Positions 20,462-31,600 of a stretch of DNA of 64,000 nt are shown here, piece after piece. Each line of letters starts with the position of its first letter. The stretch's first letter is position 1. Source of the stretch: Candidatus Babeliales bacterium (GTDB taxonomy: Bacteria > Babelota > Babeliae > Babelales > JANWKD01); assembly GCA_963701665.1 (NCBI GenBank), contig OY969622.1, positions 1,273,193 through 1,337,192 of the forward strand, written 5' to 3'. Under the pieces are notes generated by a model. It saw only the letters and a program-made list of their open reading frames with translations, was not told the origin of the DNA and did no database searches. Made by a program: the position numbers and the translations under genes.

Positions 20462-22993
20462 ATGAAGCTATCTCTTCATTTAAAGTATCTTTTTATACTT
20501 AGTTTTTTAAATTTTTATGCGTGCGAAATGTTGACATTTCCAGCACATAGTATTGATAATCAACATTCCTCTTCTTATGCTAATCTTCTAATTCCAGAAG
20601 AAGAATTCCTCATTAATGACGAATTCAAAGAGTTCATAAAAGAATATGTTGAAAGAACACGTAATACAACAGACGAAGAGACTCTTTCGATTGGATTACG
20701 CAACTGCTATAAAAAAATCATTGAAACACCAACGTGTACAACATTACCACTCAATGATCTCATAGATGCATTTCCCGAATTAGTAACAGAATTAGAGAAT
20801 CAAATCAAATCTCCTCGTCCTGCAACGAGTAATCTCCATGCTATTGTCGGTGATAGTACAATTGACTTTACGACTATTATGAGCTTATTGGCACAGCTAC
20901 AATATCTTATCAATCAACTGATTTTACAACAAGCAGCTTGTTGCAACCAGATATTTATTGATTTCCAACAAACATGGACTATTATTGCCAATCTTATTAC
21001 TCCTACAGCTATCGTTGATCTTTCTGGCGTATTTACTGCACTCAATGCTTGTTGCAATAATATAAACTCAGAATTCCAACAAACATGGACTATTCTTGCT
21101 AACCTTAACACAACAGCTACCGTTGACCTTTCTCCTGTATTTACCGCACTCAATGCTTGTTGCAATAACATAACCTCAGAGTTCCAACAAACATGGACCA
21201 TTATTGCTAATCTTAATACTACAGCTACTGTTGACCTTTCTCCCGTATTTACCGCACTGAATGCATGTTGCAATAATATAAACTCAGAATTTCAACAAAC
21301 ATGGACCATCTTAGCTGCCGGTTTCAATGGAACTTTCAGTGAAATTAATAGTTGTTGCACAAACATAACTTCTGAGTTTCAGCAGACATGGACTATTCTT
21401 GCTAACCTTGCTATAACAGCTACTGCTGATCTTTCTGGCGTATTTACTGCACTGAATGCCTGTTGCAATAATATAAACTCAGAATTCCAACAAACATGGA
21501 CTATTTTAGCTGCCGGTTTCAATGGAACTTTCAGTAGTATTGCCACCCTTACTAACGATTTCGAGGCAACATGGACCATCTTAGCTGCAGGGTTTAATGG
21601 CACATGGACCATATTAAATGCCGACTTTGATGCGACATGGACTATTTTAGCTGCTGATTTTGATGGAACTTTCAGCATGTTAAATGTGTTAATTCAAAAT
21701 GATTGCAATCCAACTATGATCACACAAGCAAGCTTCGGTGCAAGTGGTGGTACTCAGTATGTTATTTCAACGCCAGGTGTTTACAAATTTGGCAGCAATA
21801 TTATCTTCACGCCAGCTTCAGCAACTTCAGCTATTCTTATTGCCACTTCGGGCGTCACTTTAGATCTGCAATGCTTCACAATTAGTCAAGGAAATGTCGT
21901 AACAGGCGTAAATGCTATCCTTGTTGATACTGGATTAACTGGTGTTTATATTAGAAATGGCATGATAGAAAATTTCACACGCGCTGGAATCTCATTCCAA
22001 GGAGACAATACGAATGTCGGGATTGATAATACTAACATCGTGTCATGTGCAACTCGTGGTATCGAGCTCCTTTCCACAGGAGTCTCGAGTCAAGACATGA
22101 CCATTGCAAATTGTAATATATATAACTGTTCTCAAGGAAGTAGTGCCGATTTTCCGGTTGAGTTACAATTATGTCAAGAATGCAACATACTGAATTGTAA
22201 TTTTACCGGAAATGGCAATCAGTCAAATACTATCACCGTGCTCAATATGAGTGGCTGCCTTGACTGTGAGGTAACCAATATTACTATGTATGAAAATATT
22301 GGCTCTATCTTCAATGGCATAACTTTAGACACTACTTGTTCTTATAATAATTTCACCAATTGCATAATAATAAATAATCAAAGTGTATTATCGACTGGCA
22401 CCTGTTCAGCAATTAATATTAATGGAGCTAACGGTAATGCTTTTAACTATTGTGTCGCTAATAATAATCACGCTCTCAATAATGGCACCATCAACGCCAT
22501 CTGGCTTCAAGGTATTGCGCCGAATAACAATACGTTTAGCTTATGTATAGCAGCCTTTAACACAGGCGGAATCAGTTACGGCTTTTATCTCAGTAGTGGT
22601 TCTTATAATAACCTCCTCTATTGCCAAGCCAATGAAAATGTAGGATCTGTAACCTCAGCTGGATTTAATTGTAATGCCACGGATACGTTGTTTGATAATG
22701 GTATAGCATTAGCTAATGCCGCAAATCAAACATTTGGCTTCAATATTTCAGCAGGTAGTTGTGTCATTAAGGATTGTCTCGCTGCATTTAATGTAGGTCC
22801 TCACGGCAGCAATGGTTTTGGGTTTAATAATACGAGCGCTGAATATCTATTCTATAGAAATGTAGCCTATGAGAATAACACTCAATTTAACGGAATAGCA
22901 GCAGGAGCTATAACAGTGCCCATAGGGTCACCTGCATCACAAAACCTTAACACTGTTACTGGACCATGGACTAATGTATCAGTTGCAAGCTAA
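20462..22993 (+). CDS. Secreted Cys-Cys repeat stalk plus right-handed beta-helix protein (paralog 1)
   Basis: Signal peptide; 36/29/11-aa repeats (DLSxVFTALNACCNNINSEFQQTWTIL); ISTPGVYK..GVTLDL beta-helix start; Asn/Cys-rich rungs. Confidence 0.85.
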   Translation: MKLSLHLKYLFILSFLNFYACEMLTFPAHSIDNQHSSSYANLLIPEEEFLINDEFKEFIKEYVERTRNTTDEETLSIGLRNCYKKIIETPTCTTLPLNDLIDAFPELVTELENQIKSPRPATSNLHAIVGDSTIDFTTIMSLLAQLQYLINQLILQQAACCNQIFIDFQQTWTIIANLITPTAIVDLSGVFTALNACCNNINSEFQQTWTILANLNTTATVDLSPVFTALNACCNNITSEFQQTWTIIANLNTTATVDLSPVFTALNACCNNINSEFQQTWTILAAGFNGTFSEINSCCTNITSEFQQTWTILANLAITATADLSGVFTALNACCNNINSEFQQTWTILAAGFNGTFSSIATLTNDFEATWTILAAGFNGTWTILNADFDATWTILAADFDGTFSMLNVLIQNDCNPTMITQASFGASGGTQYVISTPGVYKFGSNIIFTPASATSAILIATSGVTLDLQCFTISQGNVVTGVNAILVDTGLTGVYIRNGMIENFTRAGISFQGDNTNVGIDNTNIVSCATRGIELLSTGVSSQDMTIANCNIYNCSQGSSADFPVELQLCQECNILNCNFTGNGNQSNTITVLNMSGCLDCEVTNITMYENIGSIFNGITLDTTCSYNNFTNCIIINNQSVLSTGTCSAININGANGNAFNYCVANNNHALNNGTINAIWLQGIAPNNNTFSLCIAAFNTGGISYGFYLSSGSYNNLLYCQANENVGSVTSAGFNCNATDTLFDNGIALANAANQTFGFNISAGSCVIKDCLAAFNVGPHGSNGFGFNNTSAEYLFYRNVAYENNTQFNGIAAGAITVPIGSPASQNLNTVTGPWTNVSVAS
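20930..21690 (+). repeat. Intragenic tandem repeats (108/87/33-bp units)
   Basis: CA(A/G)CA(A/G)ACATGGAC recurs at 108, 108, 87 and 108 bp spacing, followed by 33-bp units. Confidence 0.85.
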
Positions 22994-23009
22994 CAATAAA
23001 GGAAGATTA

Positions 23010-25577
23010 ATGAAGCATATTTCCCCCTTTAAAAAATATTATTATAGCTTTATTTTTTTAATTTTTTTTGTTTGTAATTTTTGGACAGCTCAGGCACATG
23101 ACAACAAGTATTGGCAAGATACGCTGGTATCTTACCAACATGAAGGAATTATTTTAGATGAATTTACCATCAATGATGACTTCAAAGAGTTCATAAAAGA
23201 ATATGTTGAAAGAACATCTGATGCTGGAAACGAGGAGATTCTTTCGATTGCATTGCGCAACTGCTATACAAAAATCATTGAAACTCCTATGTGTACAACA
23301 TTACCTCTCAATGATCTCATAGATGCATTTCCCGAATTAGTAGCAGAATTAGAAGATCAAATAAAATCACCACGTCCCCCTTCGAATAATCATTTTATAG
23401 TCGGTCCAGGAGTATGCGATTTAGCGTCTATTGCCAACCTTTTGCTCCATTTAAAATTTCTCATCAATCAACTGATTGTGCAACAAGCAGCTTGTTGTAG
23501 CCAGATATTCTCAGACTTCCAACAAACATGGACAATGCTTGCCCAAATTAGTACTTCCACAGCCACCGTTGATCTTTCTTCAGTATTTACCGCACTCAAT
23601 GCCTGCTGCACTAACATAAATTCTGAATTCCAACAAACATGGACCATTCTTGCCAATCTTACCGTAACAGCATCTGCTGATCTTTCTGCCGTATTTACCG
23701 CTCTGAATGCTTGTTGCACTAACATAAATTCTGAATTCCAACAAACATGGACCATTCTTGCTAACCTTACGGTAACAGCATCTGTTGACCTTTCTGCTGT
23801 ATTTACCGCTCTGAATGCTTGTTGCACCAACATAAACTCAGAATTCCAACAAACATGGACTATTTTAGCTGCTGGATTCGATGGAACTTTTAGTGACATT
23901 AATGCATGCTGTACTAATATCAACTCTGAATTCCAACAAACATGGTCCATTCTTGCCAATCTTCATACTACAGCTACTGTTGACCTTTCTGGCGTATTTA
24001 CCGCATTGAACGCCTGTTGCAATAATATAAACTCTGAATTCCAACAAACATGGACCATCTTAGCTGCCGGTTTCAATGGTACTTTCAGTAGTATTGCCGC
24101 CCTTGCTAACGATTTCGAGGCAACATGGACTATTTTAGCTGCAGGATTTAATGGGACATGGACCATATTAAATGCCGACTTTGATGCAACGTGGACTATC
24201 TTAGCTGCCGGATTTGATGGAACTTTCAGTGTTTTAAATGTGTTAATTCAAAATGTCTGCAATCCAACTATGATCACACAAGCAAGTTTCGGTGCTGGTG
24301 GTGGTACTCAGTATGTTATTTCAACACCAGGTGTCTACAAATTTGGCAGCAATATTACCTTCACACCAGCTTCAGCAACTTCAGCGATTCTTATCACCAC
24401 TTCAGGCGTCACTTTAGATATGCAATGTTTCTCAATCAGTCAAGGAAACGCGCTAGCCGGCGTAAACGCTATTGTTGTTAATACTGGATTAACTGATGTT
24501 TATATTAGAAATGGCACAGTAGAAAATTTCACAAATGTTGGCATCTCATTTCAAGGAAACGATGCTCGTGTTGGTATTAATAATACCACACTGCTATCAT
24601 GTGCAACTCGCGCTATTCAGTTCCTCCCAACAGGAACAAGCCAAAACATTATCATTCAAAACTGCAATATTTATAATTGCTCGCAAGGAAGCAGTGCTGA
24701 TAATCCCCTATCCTTACAATCATGTAAGGAATGCATCGTACAAAATTGTGAATTTACCGGAAATGGCAATAGTACCAATACCATCACTGTGATTAATATG
24801 AGTAGTTGCATTGAATGCATTATATCAAACATTGCTATGTATGAAAATCTCGGAGCCGCTTTTAACGGTATAACATTAGATAGCACATCTTCCCTTAATA
24901 ATTTCACCAATTGCACTATTGTAAATAACCAAAGCATTACTACAGATGTGAACGTCATTAACGTGAATGGTAACGCAAATATTTTAATCGATTGTGTCAC
25001 TAATGACAATATTGCGGCAGGAAACACTGCTGGTTTTATTCTTGCTGGATCCTATAATACGTGTATTGGATGTACTGCTTCAGCTAACACATCCTTAGGT
25101 ACTTTTGGATCTTGCACTGGCTTTAGCATAGATCCTGGTAATTTTAATATTTTGCTCGATTGTGTAGCAGATTCAAATTTTGGGGGAGGTAACCCAGTTG
25201 CATCGATTTTGGGGGAAGACGGTGATCCATCTACGGCATGTTTCGTTTTATCTTTTTCCAGTTTAGTAGACCATTTTACAGCGAATAATAATTTTGCTAC
25301 AGGTTCAGGTTCTACCACAGGTATTTGGCTTTTCGAAGGCGCTATGAATATAGTCAAAGATTGTCTATGCGCGAATAACTTCGTACCATTCAGTACCGCT
25401 CAAGCTGGTATCACCAATGATACTTCAGAATATTTATTTTATAGAAATGTTGCCTATAACAGTACATTCCCAATTGTCGGGGTTGCAGCAGGATCAGTAA
25501 CAACGCCTCTCGCACCCGCATCACAAAACATAGCATCGGTGACCGCACCATGGACTAATCTTGCTCTTCAAACTTAA
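23010..25577 (+). CDS. Secreted Cys-Cys repeat stalk plus right-handed beta-helix protein (paralog 2)
   Basis: Likely start ATG 23010 (AAGGAAG). Near-identical N-domain and repeats to paralog 1; the distal beta-helix diverges. Confidence 0.85.
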   Translation: MKHISPFKKYYYSFIFLIFFVCNFWTAQAHDNKYWQDTLVSYQHEGIILDEFTINDDFKEFIKEYVERTSDAGNEEILSIALRNCYTKIIETPMCTTLPLNDLIDAFPELVAELEDQIKSPRPPSNNHFIVGPGVCDLASIANLLLHLKFLINQLIVQQAACCSQIFSDFQQTWTMLAQISTSTATVDLSSVFTALNACCTNINSEFQQTWTILANLTVTASADLSAVFTALNACCTNINSEFQQTWTILANLTVTASVDLSAVFTALNACCTNINSEFQQTWTILAAGFDGTFSDINACCTNINSEFQQTWSILANLHTTATVDLSGVFTALNACCNNINSEFQQTWTILAAGFNGTFSSIAALANDFEATWTILAAGFNGTWTILNADFDATWTILAAGFDGTFSVLNVLIQNVCNPTMITQASFGAGGGTQYVISTPGVYKFGSNITFTPASATSAILITTSGVTLDMQCFSISQGNALAGVNAIVVNTGLTDVYIRNGTVENFTNVGISFQGNDARVGINNTTLLSCATRAIQFLPTGTSQNIIIQNCNIYNCSQGSSADNPLSLQSCKECIVQNCEFTGNGNSTNTITVINMSSCIECIISNIAMYENLGAAFNGITLDSTSSLNNFTNCTIVNNQSITTDVNVINVNGNANILIDCVTNDNIAAGNTAGFILAGSYNTCIGCTASANTSLGTFGSCTGFSIDPGNFNILLDCVADSNFGGGNPVASILGEDGDPSTACFVLSFSSLVDHFTANNNFATGSGSTTGIWLFEGAMNIVKDCLCANNFVPFSTAQAGITNDTSEYLFYRNVAYNSTFPIVGVAAGSVTTPLAPASQNIASVTAPWTNLALQT
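23480..24240 (+). repeat. Intragenic tandem repeats (same family as in paralog 1)
   Basis: Repeated GAATTCCAACAAACATGG units encoding ACC.NINSEFQQTWTIL. Confidence 0.85.
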
Positions 25578-25615
25578 AATTTAGGATCTTATCCCTAAAT
25601 TAGTAAAATAAATTA

Positions 25616-25660
25616 AAAACGCCCCCGAACTAACATTAGTTCGGGGGCGTTTTGTTTTTT
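25616..25660. terminator. Bidirectional intrinsic terminator
   Basis: AAAACGCCCCCGAACTAA-CA-TTAGTTCGGGGGCGTTTT perfect stem between convergent genes. Confidence 0.9.
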
Positions 25661-25674
25661 GATAAAAATATCAA

Positions 25675-28600
25675 TTAAAATGACATGAAATGAATCGCCA
25701 TATGGGTGTCACCCGATATAATAGTATCGTTTTTAGCAGTATTAAAACTCACCGTAACAAGTTGTCCAGCAGTCAAAGAAAGTAAAACACATGTTGTCAT
25801 TGGCAATTGATCATTATTCGTACTCAATATCTGTGAAACTGACGCGCCCGTTACCGATGTTCCATTTACCGCAATATTAACTTTCTGCGTTGAAGGCATC
25901 GTAGCTGTTAAAGCAGTAACTGTAACATTAATCATATAAACACCGGTGACCGGCACAGTATAAGTTCCCGTTGTTGCATTGTAGTTCGAATTTGAATCAA
26001 ATAACACTGTATTAAAAATAACATTTGCAGTGGTATTGTTAACACCTTGGTTTGCGCTTAGGTAGGCATACATTTTGTAATTTGATTTATGGGTGACGCT
26101 TCCCGTCGAATCGATAATCAATCGTGCGCTACCAGAAGTAATCATAGAAAGAAAATTTGTAGCCGAAGAAGTAATACCTAGATCAGTACTACCTGAAAAC
26201 TGCAATGATGGTGATGCAATAGTTCCTGCTGGCAAGGTAAGAGGACCAGTCAGTGTTCCACCCGTGAGTAACAGGTTTAATGATGCCGCACCCGTTAATG
26301 CTGCAGTGATAGTACCTGCAATAAAGTTTCCAGAAGCATCACGGCGCACAATGGTACTTGGCGTATTACTACTCGTTGCATTATTTGCAAGAATGGTCGC
26401 AGCAGCAACATTTGCTGCCGTTTGACCTCCCACCGTGCTCACGACTGTTGCACTTTGGGAACCTGTTACATCTCCTGTTAATGAACCCGTAAAGTTCGTC
26501 GCTGATCCAGCTGTTGTTGCTGTTGTCGCATTACCACTTAAATTACCCGTCACATTTCCTGTTAAGTTTGCCGTTATGGTGCCAGCACTAAAATTGCCAG
26601 ATGCATCACGTTTAACAATCGTACTTGCTGTGTTAGTATTGGTTGCTGCATTTGCAGCTACTGTTGCCGAAGCAACGTTCACTGCTGTTTGGCCGCCCAC
26701 CGTGCTTACTACCGTTGCACTTTGATTGCCGGTAACATCGCCACTTAATGATCCACTAAAGTTAGTCGCTGTTGTTGCTGTTGAGGCATTACCATTCAAG
26801 GTTGCTGTAATGGTTCCGGCGGCAAAATTTCCTGATGCATCACGTTTGACAAGCGTATTTGCAATATTATTGCTCGTCGCCGTTGCTACTAATGATGCTG
26901 CGAGTGCAACACTTGCTGCACTTTGTCCACCAACAAAACTTACCACCGTTGCACCTTGGGTGCCCGTTACATCTCCTGCAAGTGACCCGGTGAAATTTGT
27001 TGCTGATCCAGCTGTTGTTGCTGTTGTTGCACTCGTTGCCGTTGTTGCATTACCTGAAAGATTTGCTGTAATCGTTCCGGCTGCAAAATTTCCTGATGCG
27101 TCGCGTTTAACAATCGTACTTGGCGTATTGCTACTTGTTGCTGCATTTGCTGCTACTGTTGCCGATGCAACGTTTGCCGCAGTTTGACCACCCACCGTAC
27201 TTACCACAGTGGAACTTTGATTGCCCGTAACATCACCACTTAATGAACCGGTGAAGTTTGTTGCTGATCCAGCTGTTGTTGCTGTTGTCGCATTACCACT
27301 TAAATTACCGGTCACATTTCCTGTTAAGTTTGCCGTTATGGTGCCTGCATTAAAATTACCCGATCCATCGCGTTCAACAATAGTATTTGGTGTGTTGGTA
27401 TTCGTTGCTGCATTAGCTGCGATAGTTGCTGAAGCAACGTTCGTTGCAGTTTGACCTCCGACCATACTTACTACGGTGGCACTTTGATTGCCAGTAACAT
27501 CGCCACTTAATGCACCAGTGAAGTTCGTTGCCGTTGAGGCGTTACCTGATAGATTTGCGGTAATCGTCGTGGCACTAAAATTACCTGATGCATCTCGTGC
27601 AACAATAGTACTTGGTGTATTTGCGTTAGTTGCATTAGTTGCAATATTTACATCACTGGTATTATTGGTAACAATAATATCGGTACCTGCTGAAATCGTT
27701 TTAAAATTTAAGGTAACACCAGTTTTCCCTTGGAATATTTGCCCCGCGCCACTTCCTACATTCGCGCCAGTTGTTTGTGACGGTAATGAGAATTCCGAAA
27801 ATTCTATAGGATTTGTATCAATAATTGCCGATGGAGTACTACAAACCCAACTTGAACCAGCATTCACGGTACCTTCCAGGATAAGCACATACGCATTACC
27901 CGCTGATGTGCCCGTTAAAAAATCAGTTGGCCTTATCCATGAACCGGATTCAGCTAACCACAAACCATTTTGCACTGCATTAGTTTGTCCAACTAATAAG
28001 ACAGTATTACTACTAACTAACGTTACTCCATCTATTGTTTGCAAACCACTCAGCGCAACATTTGACGTGCTTACTACAAGAGCAGGGCTTTTTACAATTA
28101 GGCCTGTTGATGCTGTGGAATCAACATAACTTTTTGTTGCTACATCAGTAGGATTGGTAGTGGTACCATCAATAGTAATCATGTTAGTAGTAAAATTACC
28201 TGATCCGTCGCGTAGAACGATCGTATTTGGCACATTGGAACTTGTCGCCGTGGTTGCAGAATTGGCAACTTTACCAGCTGTTGAAATAGTTGCTAATTTA
28301 TTATCAGTAATTCCTGCACTCGCACTAATATCAGCATTCACAATGAGTGATGTTGTTAAATTTCCTACGTTATCATTGTGCACGACGCCGGCTGGTGTTA
28401 AACCACCAACCTGAAAATTACCATCGGTAGTTAATACGCCCGCTGATGAACGATATATATTCGTATCACTCGCCCACACTAATGGTGCCACCGTATTTGT
28501 TGGCAGCGGTGCATTTGTTGCCAGTGGAAATAACACTTGGTTATTAAAACCATCCAGTTGCATCACACTATTTGATCCGCGAGCGGCTTGTCCTGATGTA

Positions 28601-31600
28601 TCATTATTCGTATACGTAAATGCTAAGTTTGCACTCGTTCCAAATTTATCGATTGCCCAACCACGAATATTGGCACCACTGCCAACTGATCCGCTCGTAT
28701 CGGATAGTAAATTGATACTTGCATCTTTTGTGCGATCTGTGGTTATAACATAATGTGAGGCATTACTTTGCGACTCAATACCGGTAAATGCTGGATCACT
28801 ATTAGGATCAATATACAACGTTCCTTTATTACTGTAACAATCTGATTGGTAGTTCAAGCTCGGCAAATCTAGTTGCCCGTTAAACACTTGGAATAATAAT
28901 TGATTCATGTCAGCATCATTGCCAATCGTTAAGGCATTATTATTATCAGTATCAAAGCCAGCAAAACTTACATTGGTTGCATTTGCAATACTCAATAGAT
29001 CTGAATCAAATACACCGCCTACAAATCGTAATGTTGAACTTCCTATTTGTTGAATATCAGTAATACAATCATAAAAACTAGTTGAATTTGCTTGAATTTC
29101 TGTACTGTTCGTATCACCGACAGCGCCACATTGCATGCCAACTGCTGCATTTTCAATACTGCATGCAACAGCAAGTAAAAATGCACCAGTTGTTGCTTGT
29201 AACGCGATACCTTGTGGATTGCCATTGGTATCCGTACAATGAAATTGACATGCATCAATCGTAACTTGCGTGCTTGCACCCGAAGCAGCTATGTTCACCG
29301 AACTCGCAATGTTATTGGCAAAGTTACAACCAACAATACCCAAATTACTTGCATTGGTACAAAGTATACCTGTGACCGATGAATCAATGTCACATGATAA
29401 AACATGAGCATTTGCACCATTGGTAATTTCAATAGCAACGTCAAACGAGCGTAATATTGAGCCAATTATAGCAACTTGCGTATTGGTACCGGTCATAATG
29501 ATACCGGCATTTGATATTGCTCCTGCGCCTAAAGGTCCCTGAAACACAGAATTCTGAACTGCTACTTGAATATTACTAATCGAAATGTTCGTAGTATTAC
29601 CACCACATTGCACATTATCAAAAGCCACCACAGGAACTCCTGCAATACTACTTACCGCAAAAGCATTGGCAAATTGTGCAACAGCAACTGAATTAAAACG
29701 TGATCGGCCAAAATAAGTTGGTGTTAAAGAGAAAGCATCAGCACTTGAAAGACTAAATGATTCGACCGTTAAATTGGTACATTCAAAGTTAGCTGATACT
29801 ATTGAAAATAAGTTTGTTATTAAAGATGCTGGTATAACGATTGTACTAGTTTCTGAACTACCAACGAGGCTAATTCCGTCAGCAGTAATAGTTATCGGCC
29901 CACCCGTGTTATTTTCAACAAAGGTACCGGCACCTACATAAATAACAACAGGGTTAGTCATACTTGCAACACCATTTGCTATTGTGACTGCTTTGCTTAT
30001 GGTACGGAATGGATATGCATACGAACCATCATTAGAATCATTACCCGCCAAGGAAACATAATATGTTCTTGCTGTGGTTGGCGAACCCCCAATGGTATTC
30101 CATTGTGTTGCAGAAGGCGATGTTGCTTGCAGCACTTGTCCTGCAACTGGCGCGCTCGCTGGCAAATTCACCGTATAACTTATTCCTACGGTAGCTGGCG
30201 CATTTAACCCAACATAATTACCGCTTCCCGTTCCATCTTGAAAACGCACCTGCGATTGTAAGGCCATATTCAAGTTGCCCGTCATCGTATCACCAGTTTT
30301 GAGCACATCCAGTGATGCTGCGCCTACTAAAGTTGCTGTAATAATATTTGCTGAAAAACTACCGGTCAGATCACGTAGAACTATAGTATTTGGCACATTT
30401 GAACTCGTTGCCGTTGTTGCTGAATTTGCCACTTTACCTGGCGTTGAAATAGTTGCTAACTTATCATCAGTAATTCCTGCACTTGCACTAATATCAGCAT
30501 TTACAATTAACGAGGTTGTTAAATTACCCAAATTATCATTATGCACAACACCGGCTGGTGTTAAACCACCAACCTGAAAATTACCATCTGTTGTTAATAC
30601 GCCTGCTGATGAACGATATATATTCGTATCGCCTGCCCACACTAATGGTGCCACCGTATTTGTTGGCAGCGGTGCATTTGTTGCCAGTGGAAATAACACT
30701 TGGTTATTAAGACCATCCAGTTGCATTACACTATATGATCCTACTGCCGCTTGGCCCGAAGTATCATTATTGGTATAGGTAAATGCTAAATCTGCTGAGG
30801 TACCAACCTTATTAATTCCCCAACCTCGGATATCTGTGCCATTGTTGAGGCCTGACGTATCGGAAATAAGATTAATACTTGCTTGATTAGTACGATTACC
30901 GGTTACTACATAATAATTAGCATCATTATTTGATGCTTGCGTAGCATTAAACGTTGGGTCCGAATTTGGATCTGTATACACCGTTCCTTGATTACCATAG
31001 TAATTATCGTTGTAAGCCAAATTTGGTTTTGACGTTTGCCCGTTTAAAACTTGATACAAAATATGGACTTCTTGAATATCACTTCCTAATGTCAAATTGC
31101 CTTGTATCGTCTCATCAAATCCTGCAAAACCCACATTAACACCACTTGCAATGCTTAATTTTGTTGGATCAAAAGCGCCACCAAAAAATTGTAGGGTTGA
31201 ACTTCCTGCTTGTTGAATATCCGTTGTGCAATTTATTAACGTAGTAGAATTTGCTTGTAATGCGGTAGAACTTGTATCGCCAGGAGCACCACATTGAATC
31301 CCGACTGCTGCATTTTCAACACTACATCCTACAGCAAGTAAAGATGCACCGGTTGTAGCTTGTAACGCAATACCTCGTGGATTGCCATCGGTACCCGTAC
31401 AATTAAATTGACAGCCATCAATAGTAACTTGAGTATTTGCACCCGAAGCAGCTATATTAACCGAGCTAGAATTGTTTCCATAAAAATTACAGCCAACAAT
31501 CCCTAAAATACTTGCATTATTGCACACTATACTCGTCACACTCAAATCAATATCACATGCCAAAATACGAGCGTTTGCGCCATTGGTAACTTCAATAGCA

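Noticed and set aside
20930..24240. Regularly spaced DNA repeats as a possible CRISPR array
   Set aside because: Units are in-frame coding repeats with synonymous variation and no unique spacers; no cas genes.
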